Below are positions 47,050 to 60,143 of a stretch of DNA of 64,000 bases, piece by piece. This DNA is from Anthoceros angustus (lineage: Eukaryota; Plantae; Anthocerotophyta). The notes beneath the pieces are model-generated. The model was not told the origin of the DNA, searched no databases, and saw nothing but the letters and a program-made list of their open reading frames with translations. The first letter of the stretch is position 1, and each line of letters opens with the position of its first letter. The position numbers and the translations under genes are program-made. The stretch spans positions 1,116,001 through 1,180,000 of the forward strand of contig VJWM01000019.1 in the NCBI GenBank assembly GCA_010909165.1, written 5' to 3'.

Positions 47050-47715
47050 GGTCCATGGAGCCGGATGCGGGTAACCTGATGACCGCCAGAGACAGGGAGG
47101 CCTGGCAGCAGGCAAGCCTCATTGTCCTGTGAACGTTTCAGATCGAGTCGCTTCTGGCAGCTTTGTTCTTGCGTTGGATTGGATTGGATGGATGATCCAG
47201 GCTGTGGTCTCGGAGCGCATGTTGTGAGTGCGTGTGTGGATTTTTTCTTGTCTTGGAGCCTGGCTAGTCTTTTACCATACGATGTGTATTTTTTTGTGGA
47301 TGAGCACATTACTTTTCACACCCTCTTCAACACGATTTGTTGAAGAGTGTGTGAAAGAAGCAAAGGAGTGATCACTAATTTGTCATCTTCCTCCCACACT
47401 AACCGAGTGTGGGAGGAAGGTATGAGATTAGTGATCACTCGCTTGAAGAAAAATAGCAACAGATGGAAGCAACTTTGGCGAGTTATTCAACGGAGTGATC
47501 ATTGGTATGGTCCGTGCCTGTCTGTTTGGGATCTGTCAGCTGTGCACTTTCACAGGTGACAGCACTGGTAAGTCGCTGTTGGTGACGTTCTACCTTTCTT
47601 CTTTTGGACGTCTCCATATTGTTTCCTTCCAGGCATATGGCAAGAAATGGACCGAAACGCAGAGGATCATCCTGCTGCCGCTGAACAAGGCTCCTTCTAC
47701 CTACACTGCAGCATG
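47050..47715 (+). pseudogene. Degenerate partial duplicate of the 5' part of LSG1, introns included
   Basis: CAGGCAAGCCTCA, TTTTCTTGTCT.GGAGCCTGGC, LVIT...W.QLWRVI.RSD and TTCCAGGCATATG..CTGAACAAGGCT match 53765-54640, with indels and stops. Confidence 0.8.
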
Positions 47716-48540
47716 TAGCAATAGCCTTGTATTTATCGGCAGCAGTCTTATCAGGACTTTGCTACCTACTGTTATGAGGGCCTCTTCCAAACATTGCAAC
47801 TGCTCCCTGCGCTGAGAGCGACAGCGGTGACATTTCGTTGATTGATAAGGAAGGGTTGAAGGACTACAGGTGGGGTGGCTACCATTCCATTGGTGTATCG
47901 TGAGCTGGGATAGGATACTTTTGCCAAGGTTTTATCTTCTGCCCTCGTTGTTTTCTGCTGTCTGCCGCTAGCTGTGATGGAGAGTCTATCTGGGGCAGGA
48001 TTCTTCTGTGATTAGAGGTGTGGTTTGATACTTTCCTTTAGTAAGTTGTCATTGTTCGCTGCGTGAAAACTGTCAGTGGTTCCTGGAACTGACCTATGTA
48101 GCGCTCAAGATCTACAAGACATGTAAAGCTAAACTACATGGAAGCAGCAAGTGATGAGACTGCAACTGTCAAGCAGGGTGCACAGGGCGATCGGGACAAC
48201 AACGGTGCGGTACGGCAGACAACTGAAGGCGCCTGCCGTTGCATATGGATCTTTAGATCTCAAAGACCACGCCAGTCATTCAAATGACGAGTTCACCATG
48301 CCTTCTCGAAAGAACTAGGAGCGAAGTACATACTTGAGACAGGACGTGCGTTACCGTGCCCTATGTTGTCTGCCCTAGAAGCGTACGAGCTTAGAGCTCA
48401 TCACGACCATGGTCTTTCCCAATATGTTGCGTGGCAGATGGGTTTCGTCTCGACGTACATGATACGGCCAGCAGGAGTTTTGTATATATGTACTGGTTAC
48501 AACGCCTAACCTGACCTCCTCGTGGTAAACAAATAACCTA

Positions 48541-51500
48541 CAGTCCACCCCCCGTAATTGGGACTGGTTCGGAGTGCCTTTAAAGGTCCCATTAAGGGAG
48601 GTGTCCCGATTATATTTTCCCTATTTAATAATAATGAAAATATTACAATTTAAAAAATCAAAAAATACCCAAAAAAAGAGAATTTAAATTTTGATTGATA
48701 GGTTTTATTAAAAATAATTTTTACGGCTTCTCTATATAGTTGTTTGAAAGCTAGCAGTCTCTGTAAGCAGCATCAAAAAACCTCTACCTAAAAAGGAAAA
48801 AGCTTAGCTTAAGAGTCTTCATCACACCTAAAAGTCTATTGTGCTCTTAATGATTGATCCCTTTTTCTTTCTTTTTTTAATTTTTTTAAGTAAAAAAATT
48901 AGAAATCCCATTTAGGGAGGTAAAACCAACATGAATGTATGTTTCAAAAGGTCCCAATTATCATTCAGGGAAAAGTCCCATTTGTTACATTGTAAAATGA
49001 AGGGAGTATTTCTCCCCGCTGGGACCTTTTTAATCACCCTGATATCCAATGTGTCCAGGTCTCTTGCCTAGGTCAGGTCGTTCACTTTGTTAATCTCTAC
49101 AATCCCCCTGACTCCAATAGTACCATTCGCATTCTCACACCCCATGCCTCCTTCCTCTCCTACCATTGTTTTACTCTCGAGGATTTCAATCTCCATCATC
49201 CTTTGTGGGAATCTTCTTCATCTAATGAAGTTATTTTCTCAGCGGCTGATGAGTTTGTCCTCTTCATTAACACCACTCCTATCTTCCTCCTAACTTCGCC
49301 AGATTGCCCCACTTATGTGTCTTCCTCCAAAAACCCTTCCACTTTGAATCTAACTCTTTCTTCTAATGATGTTCGTCACTTGGTAGACTTGTGTGACATT
49401 CTTCCTGATCTTGAGGCAGGGTCTGACCACCAAGTTATTGGTTTAATCCTCACTATTCCTCCCTCCTCACAACCTCTCCTCCCTCCGTCTCCACCCCGCC
49501 TTAATGTTAGAGCTATTGACGGGGTCAAATTTTCCTCCACTTTAGTTGCTGAAATTTCCACTAACTTGGTCGGTTTAGGTCTCCCTCAGACCCCCTCTTA
49601 GATTGATCACCTAGTTGCGCAGGTCACCCTCTCTCTCCAAAGGGCAATTTCCGCCTCTACCCCTGTTGTGCGCCCTCACCTCCGTGCTAAACCTTGGTGG
49701 TCTCCTCCCCTGTCTTCTTTGCGTAAGGGACTAGCTCGGGCACGCGGAATTATGCGCACCACCACTACCATCCGGACATTGCGATTTTCTGGACGTGAAT
49801 GAGTACTTTCGCATGGTTAAAATGGCCAAGAAAGACCATTGGAAGATATTTTTTGCAGAGGCTAGCGACTCAGGTATTTGGAGGATTTATCGTTCTACTA
49901 AACCTGCTTCCCCTTCTTTCACCCCCCCTTTACTTTCTGGGGATGGTTCACTTGTTCACTCTCATGCTGACAAATGTGCAATCCTCCGATCTGCTTTGTT
50001 TCCCTCTTCATCCGGTACCCCTCCCCTACCACCTTCATCAAACTCTCAATTCGAGTGGCCGATCCCTACTCTGCACGAGGTGCATAAGGCTATCTTTGGT
50101 GCTAAGGCGTGGAAGGCGGCGGGCCCAGACACTATTGCTGCTGGGTTTCTCCAGAGAGGGTGGGATCTCCTCAAAGGCTTTTATTTATCTATCTTCGGTG
50201 CTCTATATTGGGTTATCATCACAGCGTGGCGTCACTGCTATCATTCTCCAAGTTAAACCGGCTAACTATTCGCCTTTGCCTTATCGCCTATTGCACTTCT
50301 TAACTGCTTGGGCAAGGCTTTGGAGGGTTTTATGGCCTCACGACTTTCTTTCTTGGTTGAAACTCATGTTGGCCTTCTTCCCCACGGTCACTTGGTGGGT
50401 CGGCCAGGACGGAGTACAAGTGATGCAACAACTCTTCTGGTACAAGATATTCGCAGGGCTTGGGAACAACGCCATGTTCTTTCCCTTCTCCTTATGGATA
50501 TCATGGGTGCATTTGACTCAATTAATCATCAGGTCCTCCTATCTATTTTATGCAGGAAAGGTCTTCCAACTGCACTGATTCATTGGGTCTTTCACTTTTT
50601 ATCTCAACGTACAACTTCACTATGTTTGGATGGCCATTGTGACACTCTTGCGCCGATCTGTGCGGGGTTACCACAAGGTTCGCCTATTTCTCCTCTTATT
50701 TTTCTGTTCTTCACCTCTGGCCTTATTTCTCAACTTCAATCTATGGGCGGCAGCACTGGTTGGATTGATGACACTGGGGCATATGCCACTGCTCCTTCGT
50801 GCAAGAAATCCACAAAAAAGCTTCAAGCTATGCTACATGTAGCTTCAGAGTGGGCCTCCACGCACCTCGTGGAGTTTGATCTCAACAAGTTCGAGCTCAT
50901 TCATTTTTCTCTCAAGCACAAGGAAAATATTAAGGAGTATACTCTTTCTCTGCCCGATGGCTCCCTTATTACTCCCTGAGAGTGTATCAAATTCTTGGGC
51001 TTTTACTTAGACTCAAAGTTAACTTGGAACACCCATGTGCAACAGGCTTCGACTTCAGCTATGCGTACTCTATCAGCTATTATCTCCCTTGATACCTCTG
51101 TTTGGGGACTCAAAGCTAACCTCCTGCGACAACTATATGTTACTGTTGTTTTGCTTAAACTCGATTATGGCTGCGGTGTTTGGTTTAATGGCGACGCATT
51201 CAACATCTTCTTCAACGCCTTGCTTGTAAGGCAATCTTGCTTCAACCACCTCCACTGAGGCTCTTGAATTTGAAGCTTTCCTTCTGCCCACTGAGATCCG
51301 TCTTCAACGCTATTCTCTCCATTCTCTTCTCCGTAACCTCTCTTGCCCTCCTTCCCACCCAATCCACCAAGCCTTTCTACCGGCCTCTAACCACAAAAAA
51401 CGGTATTACAAAGCTAACCGTAGTCGACTCACCCTCCTTTCCCAAGCTCCTCTCTACTCGGTGTTACAGTTGCCCACCCCTACTACCATTGAGACCATTT

Positions 51501-52731
51501 TTCCTCGCCTTGTTCCCCCTTGGGCTCCCCCCTTGTCTTTACCTTCAACCACTGTGATTTTACCATCTCCTGAGTTAGCCATTGCCTCACATTCTCAGTA
51601 TCTGCTGGCTCCTAATACTCTTCAATTTACACGGATGGTTCCCTCATGGATGGTAAAGCTGGAGGGGCGGCGGTTTTCTATTTCAACCGGGATCATGTGC
51701 ATCAATTGTCTTTTGGTATAGAGACTTACTATGGGATTTTTGAGGCAGAACTCCTTTATGTGGTTAAGGTCATCTCGTACTTACCTACTCTTTTAGCCAC
51801 ACTCTCTGGGGTTCGCTCAGTTAACATATTCATTGATAACCAAGCAGCTATCTTGTCTTTAATCGACATCATCGCTTCTCCCAGTTATCTCAATACGGGC
51901 TCGGGCCACTCTCCATGCCCTCTCTCTTGCTCACCCTCAAGTTTCCCTAAACCTCCACTGGATTCCGGGCTATACTAATGTAGTCGGCAATGAGCTGGCA
52001 GATGTTACTGCTAAGGCATCCACTCTTCTTCCAATTTCCAAACTCGGAGAAACTTATCTCTTACTTCAAGCGATTCATGTGGCAAGTTTGTAGGAGTGGC
52101 ATGTACAGTGGGCCTCATCTACTAAAACTTCTGCGCTAAAGCGAGTGGTGTTTGGTGGCCCCTCGGCGTCGGTGTTACACCATCTTGGCCTTCATGATCA
52201 TAAGGTGTCATCCTTTCTCACCCAGTTACGGATTGAGCACATGGGCTATTGGGGCTTATTTCAGGCGATTTAACATCGCTGGAAACCCATTTTGTCGGAA
52301 ATGTATGTCTTCCGAAGAAACCCGCCAGCACATCCTTGGTCAATGCTCGGCTACCCGCAACAAGTGGGACCAGATTTTTCAGGGCTCTTATTATGATATG
52401 CGTCAACTCCTCAGTATTTCCAAACTCAGAGGGAAACTTATCTCTTACTTCAAGCTGATTGGCGACTACTTTTAGTGCAAGTTCCTTAGCGAAACTATTT
52501 AGTCTTCCGATCTTTCTTTGATCTACTTTCTTTGCTTTTATGCTCTCCCAAATGTCACTTTATTCATGTTCTTGATTCCTATTCAGGCGTCATAGCCTCA
52601 CGGCTAGCCGGCTGCATACGCCTAATGATCTATAAATATAAATAAATAAACAAACTGAAGGGAGTAGGATGGGAGGTCCCATTTAGAGAGGAATCCCATT
52701 TATAGAGTTCCTAATTAGGGGGGGCCGACTG
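48541..52731. mobile_element. MITE copy 1 (Tc1/mariner/pogo-like, TA TSD; ~533 bp when empty) interrupted by a LINE
   Basis: TA|CAGTCCACCCCCCGTAATTGGGACT ... AGTTCCTAATTAGGGGGGGCCGACTG|TA. Arms 48541-49008 and 52667-52731 are collinear with the MITE at 52742-53249. Confidence 0.85.
49009..52655 (+). mobile_element. 5'-truncated, decayed LINE with APE endonuclease, RT, RNase H and Cys/His knuckle (Tad1-like)
   Basis: DFNLHHPLW, GSDH, AKPWWS, KAAGPD, IALLNCLGKALE, MDIMGAFD, GLPQGSPISP, WIDD, KFELIHFS, YTDGS, EAEL, DNQAAI, WIPG, GNELAD, CRKC...HILGQC. (TAAA)n tail. TSD TGAAGGGAGTA at 48998-49008 and 52656-52666. Confidence 0.92.
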
Positions 52732-52741
52732 TATTAACATA

Positions 52742-53249
52742 CAGTCCAAACCCCCCTTAATTGGGATTAGTTCGGAGTGCCTTTAGAGGTCTCATTTAAG
52801 GGAGGTGTCCCGATTAGATTTTCTCCATTTGAAAAAGAATAAAAGTAATATTAATTTAAAACTATTCATAAAAATTAAAATTTTAATTGATTGATTTTAA
52901 TGAAAATAATTTTTACTATTTTTTTTACATAGTTGCTTGAAAGTTAACACTCTCTCTAAGCAGCATTAAAAAAACCTCTATCTATGATAAAGGAAAAAAC
53001 CTTAGCTTAGAAGTCTTTAATCAGACCTAAAAGTTTATTATGCTCTAAAATAACTGATTTTTAATATTTTTAATTAAAAAAATAAAAATCTCATTTACAA
53101 AATGAAACTAATATGAATGTTTGTTTTAAAAAACCTTAATTACCATTTAAAAAAAATTATTGTTTACACTATAAATTGAAGAGTAAGGTCGGAGGTCCCA
53201 TTTAGAGAGGAATCCCATTTATAGAGTTCCCCATTAGGGGGGCCGACTT
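52742..53249. mobile_element. MITE copy 2, uninterrupted (~508 bp)
   Basis: TA|CAGTCCAAACCCCCC ... GGGGGGCCGACTT|TA; same internal sequence as copy 1. Confidence 0.85.
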
Positions 53250-53457
53250 TATATGGATGGTACCGGCAACATCAAAAACTCACCGTCACTGAAGGTACGT
53301 TCACGTCACATTCACATGGGAAGAAGGTGACTTCGAGGGAAAACGAAGCGTCTTTCGTGGGCCTCCTGGGCAGCTGAATGAATATTTGCCAGGATACCAA
53401 ATACGTTTGCGACGGCACTTGCTGTTGCTGCTGCTGCTGCCGCCTCAGGGACGGGAT

Positions 53458-56138
53458 ATGGGTAGGAAGCAGAAAGCTGCCGGCGGGGGGCTGGGCCAGG
53501 CGCTCATCAAGCAGCGGGCGCAAGGAGCGCGCCTGCCCGCTGGGAGGTATGGGGGGGACAGGCCGTTGGAATCCATCACCGACGTCAAGGATTTGGACGA
53601 GGTGATGGAGCAGGCAGAGCGGGCGGGACGAGTGTTTTCGGCGCTGCATCCCATGCCGGAGCTGCTCCTGGAGAAGTGCGTGGCCGGAGCCTTCAATGGT
53701 TGCATCTCATTTGAGGTGCGAGGGTTGCGAGGTGCTGAATTGGAAGCTGGATTGGGTGCAGGGAGGGGGATGCGAGTAATCTGACGTCTAGGGAAAGGGA
53801 GGAGCAGCGGAGAGCGGAGGAGGCTTTGCATCAGGCAAGCCTCACTGTGCCGCGAAGGTTGTCACTCTGCACAGGTTCATGATCGAGTCTGTTCGAGGGC
53901 TTTTCGTTACTTTGGCTTGAATGGATGACCTAGTTTCTGCTCCTGATCTCGTGAGTTCGTCTCGGGAGTTTTTCTTGTCTCGGAGCCTGGCTGGCACGGC
54001 TTGGGAGTGTTGTGTTGACCAGTGTTGCGTTCTATCAGGCCTGCCTGGGAAGTGGGAATGACAGCTGAAGAGCTTGACGTTCAGGAGAGGCAGGCATTTC
54101 TGACCTGGCGACGGGGGTTGGTTAGGTGAGTTTGTGTGCATTTCTTTGTGAATGGGTTTGTATCCAGACCCTCTGTGGAGGAGGGTGTGGGAGAAAAATT
54201 GTTCTTTTTTTGACTTGGCTTTTGGTGCAAATCAGGCTCGAGGAAAATGAGAAACTAGTGATCACTCCGTTTGAAAAGAATATCGACATATGGAGGCAAC
54301 TTTGGCGAGTTATTGAACGAAGTGATTTGGTATGGTCCGTTCATGTTTGTGCCTTTTACCATAATTATCTGCTTGGAGGCTTTCATCTGAGCAAGCGTTT
54401 TCTGGCTTTTTCAGGTGATTATGGTGGTTGATTGCCGGAACCCACTGTTCTATAGGTGCCCAGACCTGGAGGTATATATTTGTTTACTGATGCTTTAAAG
54501 ACACTTGTAGGCTCGCTGGTGGTGATGTTTCAGCTTTCTTTTGTCTCCATATTGTTTCCTTCCAGGCATATGTGCAAGAAGTGGACCCAAACAAGAAGAC
54601 CATGCTGCTGCTCAACAAGGCTGACTTGCTACCTGCTGCTGTCAGGTTCGCTGCAGTTTTAACATGATCCAAGCTAGGTTGATGTCGTTGTTTTGTCAGA
54701 GGCTGTCAATGTATAGGTCTTTGCAGCTCAGCTTGATTCAGGAATTGATCTTCTGAGGGTGTGCAGGAAGCAATGGGCTGCATACTTTGTGGCAAAGGGG
54801 ATTTCATATCTGTTCTGGTCTGCAAAGAATGCGACCGCTGCATTGGAAGCCAAGTTGGAGGACCTTGACCTGGAGGATAGTGTGAGCGACCAAGATGTTG
54901 CAATACTCAGCCGAGAGGAGCTTCTAAGTCGTTTGCAGACAGAGGCAGAACTAATTGCCTCTACTAGACGAGATTCTGTACGAGCTGCCTTGGCTCAGCA
55001 TGTAGGCAAAGAGGATGGTGAGGTTTCTCAGAATGGTTCTTCGAGAGTGGAGTCTTCTAGGGTGCCCAGTGGTCAGGCTGGAGGAGATGGGGCTGTGAGG
55101 AGGGTAGTGGTGGGTTTTGTTGGCTATCCAAATGTTGGAAAGAGCTCTACTATAAATGCTTTGGTTGGCGGGAAGAAAACAGGTGTGACATCCACTCCGG
55201 GCAAGACAAAGCACTTCCAAACACTGATCATCAATGATAAGCTGATGCTGTGTGATTGTCCTGGTTTAGTGTTTCCATCATTCACCAGCTCCAGGTCAGA
55301 GATGGTTGCTTCAGGGGTGCTTCCTATCGATAGAATAACAGATCAAAGGGGCCCAGTAGACGTAGTGGCACAGCGAGTTACTCGGGAAACTTTGGAAACT
55401 GTTTATGGGATTAAGCTGCCAGCTCCTAGGCCATATGAGCCTCGGAACCGGCCTCCATCAGCGTCGGAGTTGCTGAGGGCCTTCGCTTATTCTCGAGGTT
55501 ACGTTGCTTCAAGTGGGCTTCCAGATGAGACCAGAGCAGCCCGCCAGATTCTCAAGGATTATGCGAATGGGAAGCTCTCACATCACCTGTTACCACCTGA
55601 CGAAGAAGACAATTCTGCCAGCTCTCTGCTGCACCCTAGAGACCACTACCAGGAGGAAGATGCCTCCTCAGCATCTGAATCTTTAGATTCTGATGAAGAT
55701 GGTGCCTATGATTCTCAAGTAAGACATGACACGGTGCCTGGCGATGAAGATGGTGGTTCTTTTGATGGAGATCAATTGGACAGCGAGATTGTTGAGCTAC
55801 AAGAAGCTAGCTCATCGTTGCAGATTGAAGATCAGAGTTCCGTAGTCGTGAACAGGAGTAACCAACTCCTTGGATTGGACCCTTCTACTTCAGGGCATGG
55901 ACTTGCAGACATCTTCTCTGACCTGGACACTGTCGGGAACATGGGCAAGCGATCAGCGGAGAAGACCAGAATTAAGCTGAAGGGTGGCAGCTCTCACAAG
56001 ATGCAGAAGAAGGCTCCGAGGAAAAAGGACAGGTCTTGGAGAGTTCAAAACGATGGGTCAGATGGTATGCCTCTTGTTAGAGGTGTGTTGAAGCCTGTGA
56101 GTCATGGGGCAGAACCATTGCGCCAAGTCATTATGTAA
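53458..56138 (+). CDS. LSG1: Large subunit GTPase 1 (60S maturation, circularly permuted GTPase), 7 exons
   Basis: LESITD..DLDE, VPRRPAW, TPFEKNIDIWRQLWRVIERSDL, NKADL, GYPNVGKSSTIN, TPGKTKHFQT, LCDCPGLVFP, RAARQILKDY. Introns in phase. Confidence 0.95.
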
Positions 56139-56455
56139 AGTACATAAAGGTAGCGCTTCCTGCCCTCAATGCCTAGCACACCATCCGTCTGTCTACGGAG
56201 GCGTAGGGAATTTGTGATGCAGTATTGTCATGGCACATTCCCCTTCTCCGGTGCATGAATGACATTGCCTGGACACATTTTGGGCCCACACGAGTCTGTC
56301 AGGTTAACTGCCAATGCACTGTACAGCGTATGTCTGTCCTCCAACTTTATCAAGAGGTGCGTAGCTACTAGTAATTGTACATCTAAACGAGTCTCCGTTC
56401 GTGAACTGACATAACACGACAAAATTTGCGAAGAGCTATACTCCTGCAGTTTCTT

Positions 56456-59353
56456 TCAATACTGACTAATTCCCATTAACAGCCGCACATCGTTAATACG
56501 CATTTCACGCTGTTGATCTAATGACTTCTTATCAAGGGCAGAAGTCGCCAACACCCTCTTGTTCTCCTGCAGCTGGAGAATACGCTCCTCGATACTATCT
56601 GTTACTATAAATCGGATCACTTGCACATCCCGTAACTGACCAAGTCTGTGCACGCGATCCATTGCCTGCTCCTCAACAGCAGGGTTCCACCATGGGTCCA
56701 TCATATATACGCGGCACGCAGCCACCAAATTCAGGCCCACACCGGCCGCTTTCAGGCTGAGTAAGAAAACTGTTGGCCCACCTTCCTCTTTGGACTCGAA
56801 GGACCTTTGAGCTTGCATCCTCTTGTTAGCTGAAATGCTCCCATCCAGTCTAACGAACTTTATCCCTGCCTTTTCCAAGGGTCCTTCTATTTGATTTAGC
56901 ATTTGATTGAACTGAGAAAAGACCACTGACTTCACTGACGGATCTTGGTCCCTGTCCTTGAGTATCAACTTGATCAGCTCGTTGATCTTAGCGCTCGACT
57001 TTTCAGCTCTTCCAGCAAGACCTGTGTCCTTGTCCTCCGATGGGGCCATGACAAGGTCTGAGGATGTGAGGGGTGACCTGCAGAGTGGACACTGCTGCTT
57101 ATCCCGCACCAGTGATCTCTCAATGCAGGTTCGACAGTAGACATGAGCACACTTCGTAATGATGGCCATGGATGGAGGTTGGAGACAGATGGGACAATCA
57201 AATTCATCCCCACTCTGAAGTACAGACAGCAGCTTCTGTAGTAGCTCGGGACTGGCGGAAGCCGAATCTGCATTCACAGGGACTCTTACTGTCAGCGTTG
57301 AGAACTGTTGGTAGAGACGAGCACGAAACCCTGCTTCAAGTCAGAGCAGTACCCCTTGGAGGGCAAAAAAATGTACCTCCAGCTGAGCTAACGCCCAATA
57401 TTGCAGAATAGTCCGGGCAGAGAGCAGAGTGATCACAGATTTGACGCAGCCTTAAAATGAACTGAAGAGCAGTTGCATAATTCTGAAGGATGCTGCCAGA
57501 GTTCAATAAGCCCACGACAGCCTCCCTACCCTCCCATTCGACTTTGTCATATAACTCCCTGTCTTCTTGTAGAAGTTGAACCCAATGGATAGAAATTGTC
57601 TTCCGGGGCAGCTCGACAAGTCGTTTACCGTTTGTCTCAGTCTCTTTAGTCCGCCGGAGTGCAATTGCTGTCATCAAGCCCTGGGATATCAGACACAAGT
57701 CAGCATTTATGACATCAAACTTCGATAAAAACTCCCAGTGAGGCTCTCAGTGACACAATGCCCCGCATCTGAACACAGTTTTGGGGAGTGAAGTCTCACC
57801 TGAAGTCGAGTAAACCCACTGAGCTCGCCTTTCTGAAGCGGTCGCTGGATGGTTCGATTCCAAAACGACCTGTCATCGAATGGCTGTAGCCCTAAGAACG
57901 TCATAAAACTAAAGAGATCCAGAGTACTGTTCTGGATAGGGGTGCCAGTTACTGCCCACTTCCTGTCAGCCTGGAGGGCTACCACAGCCTTTGTTTGCTT
58001 CGCAGATGGATTCTTGATGATATGAGCTTCATCTAGTATAATTCTCAGCCAGCGCACTTGCTGCAAAGGAGCCCTACGATCAGTTCCTTCAGCAGAAACA
58101 ATGCTGTAAGACGTCAACACAATGTCAAAGTCATCCAGCCTCCTTCCACCGGTAGCCGAGCGATCAGAGCCATGATACAAATACACACCAAGGTGTCCCG
58201 GAGCAGTGTGCTCCTCCAGTTGTGTAACCCAGTTACCAAGCACAGACACTGGGCAAATAATAAGAGTTCCCTTGGGACCATCCGATGCAGGAGCAGACAA
58301 TGGAGTTACTGCTCCAGAAGTGTTGCCTTCAGGTGCGATCGCACGGTTCTTTCCTTTGGCCGAGGGCTTTGCCGACTTGGTTGCGTCCAGTTTCCGCTTC
58401 TTGGAAGGCCTAGGTTTCTCCACATCGGACTCATCAGGCTTAGCCGAGCCAGAAGACTGCGAAACAGGAGCAAGGGATATACTTCCAGCTCCTGGCCTAT
58501 TGGTGACTACCAGGGCCAACAGGGCCAGGGTTTTGCCCAGGCCCATATCATCCGCCAAAATCCCACCCCGCAGCGGCTGCGGCCTGTCAACCGTGGAGAA
58601 ATTGGTGATGGTATTCCGGTACTCAACCTTCTGCCCACCTCTCCCCTTCCGCACCTCCTCCCAAAACGGTGGCAAATCAGAAGAATTCTCCCTGCTAATC
58701 AACCACGCCAGAGCCTCCTTCTGGTGCTCATACATGGTGGACGTCACGACCCCGGACGGTTCCGCCACATACCTCTCCTGCGCATCCCGGCATTGCGACA
58801 GCATCTGAAACACGTCATCCATATCCACCTTCTTCCTGCCCTCCTCGGCAGCCTTCCCCTTCACCTTCCCCCGGAACTCCGAAACCCGGGATTGCGACCC
58901 TCCATGCACCTCCTCCCCAACCGAGCCCCCCTGCTGCAAGGACGTCTTCAGTGCAGCCCGCACCGCGTCTGCTGCCTCCACCTTGCAAAACACGAGCACT
59001 TGGCACGGCATCCTGAACCTGCTCTTGCCAGTCGAGGGCACGATGCCCTCGATCACAGCCAGCTTCTGGTCCACCACCGGAGCCAGAATGCAAGCCTTGA
59101 TCCGCTCCACATGCCCCACCTGCTCTCCCCGCATATTGTTCACCCGAATGGCGTTCCCGTCATGCGGGTTCTGGGGCTCCCGCACCAGACAAACCATCTC
59201 CCGGTTGCTCACGGTGCCGTGGTAGTGCTGCAAACCCACGATGTTCACATCCACCGTCCCGATGAGGTACTTCTCCTCTTCATCCTCGTTCTCCTCCTCC
59301 CCGTCGTCCCCGCTGTCGGCCCCCTGCCCTGACAGTCTCCTTCTCCGTGTCAT
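56456..59353 (-). CDS. HIRAN-SNF2-RING-helicase (RAD5/HLTF/SMARCA3-like), 3 exons
   Basis: HIRAN (IVGLQHY..LVREPQNPHDGNAIRV), GGILADDMGLGKT, LDEAH, TGTPIQN, LRLRQIC, RING CPIC...CAHVYC..C...CPLC, SLKAAGVGLNL, QAMDRVHRLGQ. Confidence 0.94.
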
Positions 59354-60143
59354 CTTGGATTCCTGAGCCGCTGGCCGCTCACCGGAGCACCAATTCACCA
59401 ACTTGCTCGCAGCCACAGCCGCAGTCGCACAGCCTAATCCAGAGGGAATTACACACCAACATCCGCCACTTTGGCACAAGCATTTGAGGCGGTTCAGGCC
59501 ACGGATGTCACGTTGGTGCATGCAACCTGGAGATGGCCTGGCTTCTAATCCATTCAATGCATGCGACCTTCGAATTCCAAGGCCGTTTGGGAGGGAACGG
59601 CGCGGCCCTAACGTTTCACCAAACTGTGAATCGAATGTCGACCCGCGATTTGGGTCTCTGTTCCCATACATTGGCCGGGGATCCACCTACCTCTTCAAAG
59701 TTTGAACTCTGAATTTCTGAACCGACCGGTAAGCGTCATCATTCCTCTTCTACACACAAGGACAACTGGGGTCGCAGCCAAGCAGCCAATCGGGCAGCGC
59801 GGAGCCCCCGGGAGATGGTACCGCCTCCAGCTGACGGGCACATGGCTCTCATTTTCTTGGACCGGGTTAGGCTCGCCAGTGGTTTGCACCTCTGAATTTG
59901 TCACATTCGTGACTGCAATTAGCAGCGGATAGCCGGAAGCCGGCTAGGCACACCACCACGTAAGAGCTTTAAGTCCGCATTTTTAACGACATTCGAATTC
60001 GGAGAGTACAAAGCCAGCTAGTCAGCCAGCGTCCGGAAGAAGTTTGAAGCACATGGTCTAGGAATGCTACGTGTGCCCTCTTGCTGAAGCCAGAGGCCAT
60101 TTCTTATGTTACAAATCTCTCAACTCTGATGTTCTGGTACTTG

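Noticed and set aside
48300-48500. Possible TAS3/miRNA-like locus (CTTGAGACA, partial stems)
   Set aside because: No miR390 target sites and no long hairpin.
58058-59332. 424-aa plus-strand ORF
   Set aside because: Antisense shadow of the RAD5/HLTF-like exon 1.
59354-59686. N-terminal extension of the helicase ORF
   Set aside because: Promoter/UTR-like sequence with no domain features. The ATG at 59353, just before the acidic stretch and HIRAN domain, is the more plausible start.
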